Below are positions 27,337 through 37,200 of a stretch of DNA of 64,000 nt, in pieces. The first letter of the stretch is position 1. Every line of letters starts with the position of its first letter. Under the pieces are notes generated by a model. It searched no databases. It saw nothing but the letters and a program-made list of their open reading frames with translations, and was not told where the DNA came from. The position numbers and the translations under genes are program-made. Location: the NCBI GenBank assembly GCA_026014495.1, contig JAOZIF010000157.1, forward strand, positions 2,363-66,362. The letters are read 5' to 3'. This DNA comes from Candidatus Bathyarchaeum sp. (GTDB lineage: Archaea > Thermoproteota > Bathyarchaeia > Bathyarchaeales > Bathyarchaeaceae).

Positions 27337-27438
27337 ATGAGTAAAGACCTAAAATGCCCATACGGAATCCCAGACAGCGAATGCTGCCAAGCACCAACCT
27401 GCGCAACATGGATTGCACGACAAAAACAAAACAAATAA
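27337..27438 (+). CDS. 33-aa Cys-rich micro-ORF (candidate metalloid-binding peptide)
   Basis: My own translation: MSKDLKCPYGIPDSECCQAPTCATWIARQKQNK. GGAAGTGA RBS lies 8 nt upstream. It sits 23 nt before acr3, on the same strand. Confidence 0.4.
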   Translation: MSKDLKCPYGIPDSECCQAPTCATWIARQKQNK

Positions 27439-27461
27439 CCTCTTTTTTTGAGGAATAGCCC

Positions 27462-28487
27462 TTGGTAAAAAAAACTGCGTTACACCTCAACGTTTTTGAA
27501 AAATATCTTGCCCTATGGGTTTTCTTATGTATGCTAACTGGACTGTTTCTTTCACAAGTAGTCCCAGAGTTAAGCCTTGCGATTAATGACCTGCAATTCG
27601 CTGGAATCTCAATCCCAATAGGCATCTGCCTTTTTCTAATGATGTATCCTGCCCTCCTAAACTTGCAGTTAAGTGAACTAAAAAAATTAGCAAAAAACCC
27701 AAAACCAATCATATTGACACTTATCTCCAATTGGATTTGGGCTCCACTCCTAACAGCTTTTCTAGCATACTACTTTTTGGCAGGAAACGAACAACTAATT
27801 GTGTCCTTGATTTTGCTTGGCTCTAGCCCCTGCACTGCAATGGTTCTAGTTTGGGGTGCATTAGCTAACGGAAACCAAGAACAAAACGTTGTCAACACCA
27901 CCCTGAACACACTAACGATAATGTTTTTGTACGCACCTGTTGTCTCGCTGTTAACCGGAATCCAAGACATCCAAATTGACAGAACATCCCTTTTGGTATC
28001 TGTGTTTGTTTTCATAGGAATCCCCTTGGTTCTGGGTTACATATCAAAGAAAGCAATAACAAACAGGAAAGGAGCACAATGGTTCCAAACAACTTATCGC
28101 CCAGCAGTAGGAAAACTGGCAATTGCTGCTTTACTGGCAACTTTAATTGTAATATTCTCTCTTAACGGAAACGTGCTTATAGAGCATCCAGAAGAAATGA
28201 TACGTGTTTCAATTCCACTACTGCTTGGATTCGCAATAATTGTAGGTGTCAACCTATTGATTACCAAATTAGCTGGACTCAAATACAAAGAAGGAATAAT
28301 CTCTGTAATAATCGGATCTTCCAGCCACTTCGAAATTGCCATCGCCACCGCCATCAGCCTTTACGGCTTAGGCTCACAGGCGGCGCTGGGAACAACAATG
28401 GGATTATTCTGGGAAGTTCCAATCATGCTTTGTCTAGTGTATCTGGGCAAGAAACTAGGGCAAAGAGGGTTCTGGAAAAAAGAGTAA
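27462..28487 (+). CDS. acr3: Arsenite efflux permease, ACR3 family
   Basis: N-terminal LNVFEKYLALWVFLCM and the conserved Cys region GSSPCTAMVLVW. About 10 TM segments. Confidence 0.85.
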   Translation: MVKKTALHLNVFEKYLALWVFLCMLTGLFLSQVVPELSLAINDLQFAGISIPIGICLFLMMYPALLNLQLSELKKLAKNPKPIILTLISNWIWAPLLTAFLAYYFLAGNEQLIVSLILLGSSPCTAMVLVWGALANGNQEQNVVNTTLNTLTIMFLYAPVVSLLTGIQDIQIDRTSLLVSVFVFIGIPLVLGYISKKAITNRKGAQWFQTTYRPAVGKLAIAALLATLIVIFSLNGNVLIEHPEEMIRVSIPLLLGFAIIVGVNLLITKLAGLKYKEGIISVIIGSSSHFEIAIATAISLYGLGSQAALGTTMGLFWEVPIMLCLVYLGKKLGQRGFWKKE

Positions 28488-28505
28488 CAAAAAAGGTGAA
28501 TATAA

Positions 28506-29294
28506 TTGGAAAATGAAAAAATTAAAGAACACATCAAAAAACGTTACAGCGAAATAGCAAAAGCCGACTGCTCCAGTTGTTCAACGACTTCATGCTCATC
28601 ATCTTGCTGTTCATCATCTAGTTGTGATGCTGCTCCACAATATGTTGCGTGGAAGCTTGGCTACTCTCCAGCCGACATAGAAAGCGTTCCAGAAAATGCC
28701 ATTTCAGGTTTGGGCTGCGGAAACCCTGTTGCCCTTGCAAGTTTGAAGGAAGGCGAAACTGTTCTGGACTTGGGTTCAGGAGGAGGCATGGACGCTTTTT
28801 TGGCATCCAAAAAGGTGGGACCACAAGGAAAAGTGATTGGAGTAGACATGACATCAGAGATGGTGCAAAAAGCAAGAGCCACCGCCCTTGAGCATGGATA
28901 CACGAACGTTGAGTTTCGTTTAGGAGAAATCGAAGCCCTGCCTATAGAGGACGAAACCGTGGATGTTATCATTAGCAACTGCGTGGTCAATTTGGCTCCA
29001 GACAAACTCAAAGTCTTCAAAGAAGCTTACAGAGTTTTGAAACCGAACGGTAGACTCATGGTCTCTGACCTTGTAACTCACGGAACCTTGCCCGCAGATG
29101 TAAAGAGCAGTTTTGATGCTTGGTCATCATGTATAGCTGGTGCATTAGAAAAAGATGACTACCTAAACAAAATAGCAACTGCAGGATTCAAGAACATTAA
29201 GATAGTTTCACAAAAGCCATACACAATAGACCTTTCTAAAGAACTGAGAGGCAAAATAGTTAGCATACAAGTCGAAGCTCACAAAAGTTCCTAA
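28506..29294 (+). CDS. arsM: Arsenite S-adenosylmethionine methyltransferase
   Basis: SAM motif VLDLGSGGGMDAF, conserved GLGCGNP and ISNCVVNL Cys motifs, and a Cys/Ser-rich N-terminus. Confidence 0.8.
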   Translation: MENEKIKEHIKKRYSEIAKADCSSCSTTSCSSSCCSSSSCDAAPQYVAWKLGYSPADIESVPENAISGLGCGNPVALASLKEGETVLDLGSGGGMDAFLASKKVGPQGKVIGVDMTSEMVQKARATALEHGYTNVEFRLGEIEALPIEDETVDVIISNCVVNLAPDKLKVFKEAYRVLKPNGRLMVSDLVTHGTLPADVKSSFDAWSSCIAGALEKDDYLNKIATAGFKNIKIVSQKPYTIDLSKELRGKIVSIQVEAHKSS

Positions 29295-29350
29295 GGCATA
29301 CATCAAAGATTAAATCATATCCCAAAACTGACTTTGCTCACTAGTTTACT

Positions 29351-29674
29351 CTAAATTATTTGTTCCAGCATTTTCTCGGCGAGTAAATCAGCAATTTCAG
29401 GAGTTATGCCCTCAATAATTTTGAATATTTGTGAATTTGTTATTGAGTACAGTCTTTTGTTTCCGTCTTTTCTGTTTGTGACTATTCCACAGTCCTTTAG
29501 TATCTTAAGGTGCCGAGAAACCACTGGCTGAATGAGATTAACATGAGGGACGATTTTACAGACGCATTTTTCTCCGTCACGCAAAAAATCTAATATATCA
29601 AGCCGAACTGGGTCTGATAACGCCTTGAAGACTTTGGCTTTGAACTTGTTCTTGTTTTCTATTTGAAGGCGCAT
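29351..29674 (-). CDS. arsR: ArsR/SmtB family metalloregulator (second copy)
   Basis: FKALSDPVRLDILDFL, KCVCKI, and QPVVSRHLKILKDCGIV. Start taken at MRLQIE. Confidence 0.8.
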   Translation of the reverse strand: MRLQIENKNKFKAKVFKALSDPVRLDILDFLRDGEKCVCKIVPHVNLIQPVVSRHLKILKDCGIVTNRKDGNKRLYSITNSQIFKIIEGITPEIADLLAEKMLEQII

Positions 29675-29694
29675 GACCCAAAATAACAAAAGTG

Positions 29695-29708
29695 AATATT
29701 TAAATATT
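29695..29708. promoter_or_regulatory. Perfect 14-nt palindrome in the divergent arsR2/ferredoxin promoter region (candidate operator or TATA)
   Basis: AATATTTAAATATT is its own reverse complement. It lies 21 nt from the arsR2 start and 63 nt from the ferredoxin ATG. Confidence 0.3.
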
Positions 29709-29770
29709 GTTATATATTGTGCTGATTGTAATATTCAAGAAAGTCACTAATCAAAGAGGCGCCAAAAACT

Positions 29771-30055
29771 ATGCCAGAAGAAACATACAAAGGAATTCCT
29801 CGAAACAAAATACCTTGGTATCCAACAGTTGATTACGAAAAGTGCATCAACTGCGGAAAATGCGTGGATTACTGTAAACTTGGCGTGTACGATTTTGAAG
29901 AAAAAGAAGGAGAAAAGCGGCCTGTTGTAAAAAATCCCCATAATTGTGTGGTACTTTGTACAGGCTGTGATGGACAATGTCCTGTTGGTGCCATCACGCA
30001 TCCTTCAAAAGAAGAAACTCGAAAGATAATCAAAAGTCTGCAGCAAACTAAATAG
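29771..30055 (+). CDS. Small 4Fe-4S ferredoxin-domain protein
   Basis: CINCGKCVDYC and CVVLCTGCDGQCPVGAI. Confidence 0.7.
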   Translation: MPEETYKGIPRNKIPWYPTVDYEKCINCGKCVDYCKLGVYDFEEKEGEKRPVVKNPHNCVVLCTGCDGQCPVGAITHPSKEETRKIIKSLQQTK

Positions 30056-30092
30056 TTCCTAACTTGTCTGGTCGCCCACTTTTTTCTGTTTT

Positions 30093-30689
30093 TTATATGC
30101 TAACTCCATACCACATGAAAACTTTGGCTATAATCGGTATTACTGCTCCAGAGGCTGTACGCGTAAGTACTGTGAGTAAGAAGCCGTCAATTCCAGTGAC
30201 CACATTAACTGGTGAAAGCTGGAAAATTCCAAAGAGCATAAGTCCTCCAATTGTCGTTGCGGTTACTCCTGAAATTATCATTCTACGGAAATTGTCTGAC
30301 CGCTTATTCATGGCTCCTGCCATGTAACCAATTAGAATTGCACTAAGAAGATACCCCAACAGAATTGTGCTAGACCCAGTGTTCCTTCCACCGAAGGGAG
30401 ACCCATAAACGTCGGCCCAATAAAGTGCATAAACGCTTCCCATGATAAAACCTGAAGCACCACCTGCCCACTTGTTCCAAGCTAAACCCAGTAACAGTGG
30501 AATCGCGACTATCACAAGCAATTCTTGAAGCTCCATTGTGATTCCAGTCACTATGCCAAAACCGCCACCACCGAGCGTGTCCAGCTGTGAAATTGCTACT
30601 ATTAGCAAGACAACAATAACTGGAGCAACGATGCCGTAGACTATGTCGTTTCTGTTCCATTCTTTCCATCCAAGACTCATATGCTTCAC
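30093..30689 (-). CDS. Integral membrane protein, about 6 TM segments, unknown function
   Basis: Gly-rich hydrophobic segments throughout. No motif recognised. Confidence 0.5.
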   Translation of the reverse strand: MKHMSLGWKEWNRNDIVYGIVAPVIVVLLIVAISQLDTLGGGGFGIVTGITMELQELLVIVAIPLLLGLAWNKWAGGASGFIMGSVYALYWADVYGSPFGGRNTGSSTILLGYLLSAILIGYMAGAMNKRSDNFRRMIISGVTATTIGGLMLFGIFQLSPVNVVTGIDGFLLTVLTRTASGAVIPIIAKVFMWYGVSI

Positions 30690-30846
30690 CGAAATAGGGC
30701 AACTCTTTGATTATATTAGAATTTAAATTTTGTTATGAACATTTGGTGTTAACAAAGCTGTTGCCTGCCGTATCGCAAAATGCAAGAACTAAGTGTGCCA
30801 TTAAAAATATCCTCAAATCTTACGCAAGCTCAAGCAAACTAGCCTG

Positions 30847-31938
30847 TTATTTTGAGTTTACTAACTGTTTGTAGTTGTTTTCGATTTCTTTTAGCAGAAC
30901 ATCTTTGGTTATTGTGCCCTTGGATTTCAGTATAGCTGATATTGTTGCTCCTCCGCATCCAACGCCCTCTTTAACTACGCCTGCCTCGTACGCCTTTAAT
31001 CCATCAAATCTTGAAACACCAAAATCTATGTCTGCAGCCAATACTGGGACATCAGCAATCTCAGCAACCAATCCGTTTAGGTCAGCGGTTTTATCTTCTA
31101 TTATCCACCTTGTGGTTCCAATAGCCACGTTACCTAAAACTTCTGGGTTTGACGCGTTGACAACAGCTAACACGGCAGCCATCTGAGTTCCCCCTGCCAT
31201 AATTACTGGAACATTTTTTGCAGCTCCGATAATAAGCCCTGCTGCGGCAGGCTGCATAGGGTCACCTACAGTCGAGACTGCCTTTATTGGCTCATGAGCA
31301 AACTCACTTGCTTCTACTCCTGCAGCTTTGAGTGCTTTTTCTGCAGTTTTAATTTTTAGTTCATGAGGATTAAGTGGCATGCTGCTGCTGACCTTTCCCT
31401 TTGCGTTTATTCCCATCGCCAATAGGACACTTAGGGCTGTTGTGGTGCCTCCGGGGATGCTCTCACCGACTACAAGGTAATCCGCAGTTTTTGACAGGTT
31501 TTCGCCTGCAATAATTGCTCTGTTCATCACTTCTTGTGCATTATCGAGGGCTTTGCCTGTTCTTATGTCCCTTCCGGGGCAGCCTCCCAACTCCACAAAC
31601 GGAACATAAGGCTTAACCTTCAAGCCTGCATTCACCACAAGAGTTGGTATCTCCGCCAGTTTCAGAGCAGACATTGTAATAAGCGCAGGAGTCGGTATTC
31701 CATCTGGCGTCACGGGCACACCCGGTATGCATCTACATTTCCCAAGATGCAAAAGCTCCACATCTGCGGGTGGCGTGTAATCGGTTATCTCAGGGTTCTC
31801 TCCTGCTGCTGATATTCCATGAATCTTTGCTGTTTCAGTTACGCCAATTACACACGTGAACAAAGGCTTCTTTCCTGCTAGCTTATCTAGCATTGCTGTG
31901 CCCCCTGATTTGTTATGAGCTAAAATTATGTCCTGCAT
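30847..31938 (-). CDS. cobT: Archaeal CobT-like protein (UPF0284; nicotinate-nucleotide-dimethylbenzimidazole phosphoribosyltransferase-like)
   Basis: FTCVIGVTETAKIHGISAAGENPE and GESIPGGTTTA motifs, recalled as typical of the archaeal CobT-type family. Confidence 0.6.
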   Translation of the reverse strand: MQDIILAHNKSGGTAMLDKLAGKKPLFTCVIGVTETAKIHGISAAGENPEITDYTPPADVELLHLGKCRCIPGVPVTPDGIPTPALITMSALKLAEIPTLVVNAGLKVKPYVPFVELGGCPGRDIRTGKALDNAQEVMNRAIIAGENLSKTADYLVVGESIPGGTTTALSVLLAMGINAKGKVSSSMPLNPHELKIKTAEKALKAAGVEASEFAHEPIKAVSTVGDPMQPAAAGLIIGAAKNVPVIMAGGTQMAAVLAVVNASNPEVLGNVAIGTTRWIIEDKTADLNGLVAEIADVPVLAADIDFGVSRFDGLKAYEAGVVKEGVGCGGATISAILKSKGTITKDVLLKEIENNYKQLVNSK

Positions 31939-31984
31939 CTCTTTTTCATTCCGTAAACCTAATGCTCTATCCTCTGGGTAACTG

Positions 31985-32551
31985 GTGGATTATCCAACCG
32001 ATAATTTAAATCTCTTACTGAACTATTTACATAATCGATCGGTGGCAAACTTGGAAACAAAGTTCGACAACCTGCCCTTACTTAAGTACCTTGAAGAGCA
32101 TGGAGTAACCCTAAAAGACCTGCTGGACACTGCACTCGAACTGTTCATCCCACATCCAGGAATCGAAACAAGAGAAAAAGCAGTTGAACTGTTCAAAGCT
32201 GGCTTCTACGAGGCGCTAACAGATGTTAACGTTTCAGTCCTTGAGGTGGCGTGCTTCCGCGCAGAGGAGGACGGACAAGCTGGTTTAATTCCGCTTCTTT
32301 CTGCAGAGCAATTCAAAGGACGACCTGGACTAATTGTCGATGAATACTTGGGTATGACCATAGCTAACTACATTGCGGGAGCCAGAGGCATCTTTGAGTT
32401 TATACGTTATGACCAATCTAAACCTGGAATCTTAAGGAAATTAGGTCCAATAGCCAACGATGCAATTAGTGGATTAATCGCTGGTGTGTCTTCTCGAATC
32501 TATTCTGGTGCTCTGGAGAAACAAAAACTCGAAGAATCAGAAAAAAAATAA
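31985..32551 (+). CDS. cobZ: PgpA/CobZ-like phosphatase (possible alpha-ribazole-phosphate phosphatase)
   Basis: VDEYLGM...FIRYDQSKPGILRKLGPIANDAISGLIAGV resembles the PgpA-family C-terminal pattern. Divergent neighbour of the cobT-like gene. Confidence 0.45.
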   Translation: MDYPTDNLNLLLNYLHNRSVANLETKFDNLPLLKYLEEHGVTLKDLLDTALELFIPHPGIETREKAVELFKAGFYEALTDVNVSVLEVACFRAEEDGQAGLIPLLSAEQFKGRPGLIVDEYLGMTIANYIAGARGIFEFIRYDQSKPGILRKLGPIANDAISGLIAGVSSRIYSGALEKQKLEESEKK

Positions 32552-32594
32552 CATCGTTTGTTGCCCAAAAAAGTGGAAGGCTCTTGGGAGCCAC

Positions 32595-33104
32595 TTAGTC
32601 TTCTATGTTTACTGCTAGATTTGCTGTTGCTTTGACACCTGATTCATTAACTAGCTCGTAGCCTACAAGCAGGTAGATGCAAACTCCCTGGTTGTTGGTT
32701 GCATCTGCGCCTAATGCGTTGACTGTAACAGTTTCGCCTTCACTTAGGTAGCCGCTTGTAAACAGTTCTTCGCGTGTAAGCACTTGGTTGTCTACTGTCC
32801 ATTCTGCTGGTAGGTTTACTCTAATTTGGTCGTCAGCGGTGTTCAGTATGAGCTTCTTGTCTGATAGCGCTACAATTGTTCCGTCAACTTCAACTGGCTC
32901 TGAATTTCTGAAGAACCACACAGCAAACCTGACCCTGACGCCAACACGGGTGCACTCAGGTGTGCACTCTTCAATTTCTGCAACCGCGATTTCGTCTCCT
33001 AAACTTATGCTGGACTGTGTTGCCTGAGTTAGCGGCGAGTAAACAAGAAGACAAGCAACGACTGATACAAATATTACCGTTAAGGCTTTTGTTTTCGAGT
33101 TCAT
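32595..33104 (-). CDS. Secreted hypothetical protein
   Basis: N-terminal signal-like KALTVIFVSVVACLLVYSPLTQA. The remainder is beta-rich with no motif. Confidence 0.5.
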   Translation of the reverse strand: MNSKTKALTVIFVSVVACLLVYSPLTQATQSSISLGDEIAVAEIEECTPECTRVGVRVRFAVWFFRNSEPVEVDGTIVALSDKKLILNTADDQIRVNLPAEWTVDNQVLTREELFTSGYLSEGETVTVNALGADATNNQGVCIYLLVGYELVNESGVKATANLAVNIED

Positions 33105-33221
33105 ATTTTTTCACCTCCAATACTACAAACAGAATTGACTTCGCTTTTTACTAAATAAAAGGCGACGCACCCTCAGTATACACCAAAAATGAACCCCAAA
33201 AATGAATGGGGGAAGCTAGTT

Positions 33222-33635
33222 CTAGCCGTCTTTTTCTAGTTCTTCACTGAGAATCTTTTCTTCCATGTGCAAGAGCAGTCCAATTCGTCGTTCCCATTTT
33301 CTAAAGAAACGATGCTGGGCAAGCAAAGCAAAAACAGTGTAAACCAAAGCAACAATAACTGCAAGCATAAACAGTAAATCAAAAACTGCTCTTGTTCTTA
33401 GAGCTGTCCACAGTCGCCCAAATGAGAACAACAAAAGAACCACAGACACTATAACGCCTATGAGTGAACCTGTTCTGAATCTGTCCCACTCTTTATCCAA
33501 TTCATACAGGAAATCGTGCATTGACCTCAGCGGATACCGTGTTTCTTGATTCTCTTTTTCTTCACTCACAGTCTCCAAGCTCCAATCATGAATCCTTTTG
33601 CATCTAATATTAATACTGATGCACCAAAGGTGCAA
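33222..33635 (-). CDS. Two-TM membrane protein, unknown function
   Basis: TM segments LIGVIVSVVLLLFSF and LLFMLAVIVALVYTVFALL. An internal ATG at 33521 (MHDFLYEL) is an alternative start. Confidence 0.45.
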   Translation of the reverse strand: MHLWCISINIRCKRIHDWSLETVSEEKENQETRYPLRSMHDFLYELDKEWDRFRTGSLIGVIVSVVLLLFSFGRLWTALRTRAVFDLLFMLAVIVALVYTVFALLAQHRFFRKWERRIGLLLHMEEKILSEELEKDG

Positions 33636-33641
33636 CCCGAC

Positions 33642-33899
33642 CTAAAGAATTGAGGGCAAAGATTTTCGCAATTCAACGTATATGTTTCTTCCTTTTTCAG
33701 TTAACATGCATTGCCCCTCTTTTGTTTCTTGGACAAGATTCTTTTCTTTAAGGTAAGAAAGGTGCTTTAAGAAATCGTCATAAGAAAGGCTAGTTGCTTT
33801 TCGCCAAACATAGGTGCGAGGCTGAGGCTCACGATTATAGAACAGATACTCCAGAACCTCAAATCGTATCTGAACCGCGCCCTTTCTAACCCTAACCAT
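33642..33899 (-). CDS. Small winged-helix DNA-binding protein
   Basis: RFEVLEYLFYN...SYDDFLKHLSYLKEKNLVQETKEG..LTEKGRNIY has a wHTH-like pattern. Start taken at MVRVRKG. Confidence 0.5.
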   Translation of the reverse strand: MVRVRKGAVQIRFEVLEYLFYNREPQPRTYVWRKATSLSYDDFLKHLSYLKEKNLVQETKEGQCMLTEKGRNIYVELRKSLPSIL

Positions 33900-34284
33900 A
33901 CAAATGCACCAACTGTGGGCAAATAACAATCTTTACGTAACATGAAACGTATAAAACTGATTCCTAACACGGCGGTTCTGTTCAATCTAATCAAGTTTCT
34001 GAATTCAAGAACTGTTCTGCATGCCTTACAAAAAATGTGCTTTACATATACACCATACAAAAAGTTAATATGACGCAAATTTTGTAATGACAAAATTTAT
34101 TAATGGGTGCGCTGGTTTACGTTGATAGCTCTCAAAAGCAAATTTGAAGCTTAATTAAGGAGACCCGGCTTTTAGGTTGGACGAAACCGACCCAGCGGAG
34201 GAAACTCCCAATTTGAAAAAGACTGAGACGAAACCCTCAAACTTCCCCTATTACTATATCGCATTAGGGAGGACTTAGAAAAAT

Positions 34285-37200
34285 TTGGTAATTTCACAAG
34301 ATGATCTTCTTACTCTCCAAAAATCTTTCTTTAAACAGAAAGGACTAGTTAGACAGCACCTTGATTCATACAACAAGTTCATCGACACAGGACTGCAGGA
34401 AGTCATCGATGAAACTGGAGAAATAAACATCGAAATCCCAGAGATGCCGTACAAGATAAAACTTGGTCAGCTCTGGATAATCGATCCGCATTCTAAAATT
34501 AGTAGACCATACAAAACCGAGGTTGACGGAACAAAGCACGAAATCTTTCCGATGGAAGCTCGATTCCGAAGTTTAACCTATGCGGCACCTTTAGCCTTGG
34601 AGATGACGCCCGTTATAGATGGACGCGAACAGGAACCAGAACTTGTTCTCATAGGCGATTTGCCTGTTATGTTAAAATCTAAACTCTGTATTCTTTCTCA
34701 ATTAACAGACGAGGAACTAATTGAGTACGGAGAAGACCCCCATGACCCTGGAGGTTACTTCTTAATTAATGGCTCAGAGCGCGTTATAGTCGCTATGGAA
34801 GACCTAGTTCCCAATCGGGTTCTTGTGGACATTGATACTCGAGGAACAAAACCAGTCTACCAAGCCAAAATTTTCTCAACAACCGTAGGTTTCAGGGCAA
34901 GAATCCAGCTTAGAATGAAATCTGACGGTGGACTTTTCGTCTCAATACCCGGTGTGCCCACAGAAGCGCCGTTTGTAATTCTGATGCGAGCCCTTGGAAT
35001 AGAGTCAGACAAAGACATCGCTGAAACAGTTTCTCCTAATCCAGTAGTTCAAAATGAGCTTGAAGCTTCATTTGAAAAAGCCGCGGGATTCGACACCATT
35101 CCAGATGCCTTAATGTACATCGGAAACCGTGTTGCTCACGGACAAGTGGAAGAATACCGTAACCAAAAAGCCAGAAGCATAATTGACCGCAACTTTTTGC
35201 CACACATTGGCAGAACAGAAGAAAACCGCCTAGAAAAAGCACTTTTCCTTGGTGAGATGGCTAGCCGAGTTATCGAACTAAAGCTTGGACTCAGAACACC
35301 CGACGACAAAGACCACTTCAAGAACAAACGCCTAAAACTTGGAGGTCCTTTGCTGGCGGATCTTTTCAGAATCGCTTTTAGGAACCTGTGCCGTGACATA
35401 AAATATCAACTTGAACGGATGGGCGTCAAACGGCAGCTTATCACAATATCTGCTGCTGTTCGTCCTGGAATAGTTACTGACCGTCACCGTCATGCTCTCG
35501 CAACAGGTAACTGGGGCAGAGGACGAGTCGGCATCACACAGCTTCTTGATAGAACAAACACAGTTTCTACTTTAAGTCACCTAAGACGATTGCAGTCTCC
35601 TCTTAGTCGCAGTCAACCAAACTTCGAGGCGCGAGACCTTCACCCAACTCACTGGGGACGGCTTTGTCCAAACGAAACGCCTGAAGGGTCTAATTGTGGT
35701 CTGGTGAAGAATCTTTCCTTAGCTGCTGCTATTTCTGTTTTTGTGGATCCCACTAACATTAAGCAGGTTATCTATCCATTGGATGTTGTTCCTGTTGAAG
35801 AAACAGATGTTGAATTGCGTGCTTCAAGCTCTAAGGTCTTTGTTAACGGTTCCATTATGGGTTATTGTTCGACTCCACAGAAACTAGTTAATGAGATACG
35901 GAAAAAACGTAGGAATGGAGAAATCTCTACTGAAGTTAATGTTGCCTATTTCGTAAAGGGTCATGAGGGAGGCAGTGACGAAGTTTACATTAGTTGTGGT
36001 CAGGGACGTGTTCGTCGTCCTCTCATAATCGTTGAGAATGGAGTGCCTAAATTAAAGCCCGAGCATGTTGAAAAGATTCGCTCTGGCGAATGGGTTTGGG
36101 AAGACCTTATCCAAAAAGGAATACTAGAGTATATCGACGCTGAAGAAGAAGAAAACATCTATGTTGCAATAGACTTTGACCACATTACTCCAGAGCATAC
36201 CCACGTTGAGATTGCAACTTACACCATTCTTGGAATTTGTGCCTCAATTATACCATACCCTGAACATAACCAGTCACCAAGAAACTCTTACGAAGCAGCA
36301 ATGTCCAAACAAGCTCTAGGAATAAACCTAACAAACTTCCCGAATCGAGTTGACTCACGTTCCCACATTCTACACTACCCCCAAACACCTTTGGTGAAAA
36401 CAAAGCCAATGGAAATCATAGGGTACGACCGCAGACCTTCAGGACAAAACTGTATTGTCGCAGTTTTATCATTTGAAGGCTACAACATGGAAGACGCCAT
36501 CATATTCAACAAAGCCTCTATTGAGCGCGGTTTGGTTCGGTCAACATTCTACCGAATCTATGATGCAGAGTGCCGCCAATATTTGGGTGGTCTTCGAGAC
36601 AGATTTTTGGTGCCTGAACCTGGAATCAGAGGATACCGAGGCGAACAATACTACAGGCTTCTTGAGCCTGATGGTATTGTCAGCTTAGAATCTGAGGTTG
36701 CTGGTGGCGATGTGCTCATTGGACGAACTAGTCCGCCAAGATTTCTTGAAGAATACAAAGAGTTTGAAGTTAAAGGTCCAACTATGCGTGATACATCAGT
36801 TGATGTGCGCTCTTCAGAAGCTGGGGTTGTTGACGATATCTTCATCACAGAGACTGGAGAGGGAAGCAAAATCGTAAAGGTCAGAGTCCGCGACCAGCGT
36901 ATACCTGAGCTTGGCGACAAGTTTGCTTCTCGTCACGGACAAAAAGGAGTAATCGGAATGATTGTTCCACAAGAGGACATGCCGTTCTCTCCAAAGGGAA
37001 TCGTTCCTGACCTTATAATCAATCCTCACGCTATGCCGTCAAGGATGACTATTGGACAGTTCCTTGAATCAATGGCAGGAAAAGTTGCATCCGCAAGAGG
37101 CAGACCCGTTGACGGTACACCATTCACTAATGAGGGTCCAGAGCAACTGAAAGCAGAACTAGTTAAACTGGGATTCAGTAACACTGGCAGAGAGATTCTC

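Noticed and set aside
27287-27730. 147-aa minus-strand ORF spanning the ars promoter region
   Set aside because: It overlaps the divergent promoter, the RBS-preceded micro-ORF and the 5' end of acr3. No motif, and an implausible location.
25166-30700. Integrated genomic island at tRNA-Asp (padR-MFS-ars cluster)
   Set aside because: No integrase or recombinase gene, and I saw no downstream direct repeat of the tRNA 3' end. The cluster is treated as accessory but not as a demonstrable mobile element.
33767-34284. 108-aa minus-strand ORF, plus a search for rpoH upstream of rpoB
   Set aside because: The ORF overlaps the wHTH gene and promoter region and has no motif. No frame in 34094-34284 resembles RpoH, so rpoH is not called.
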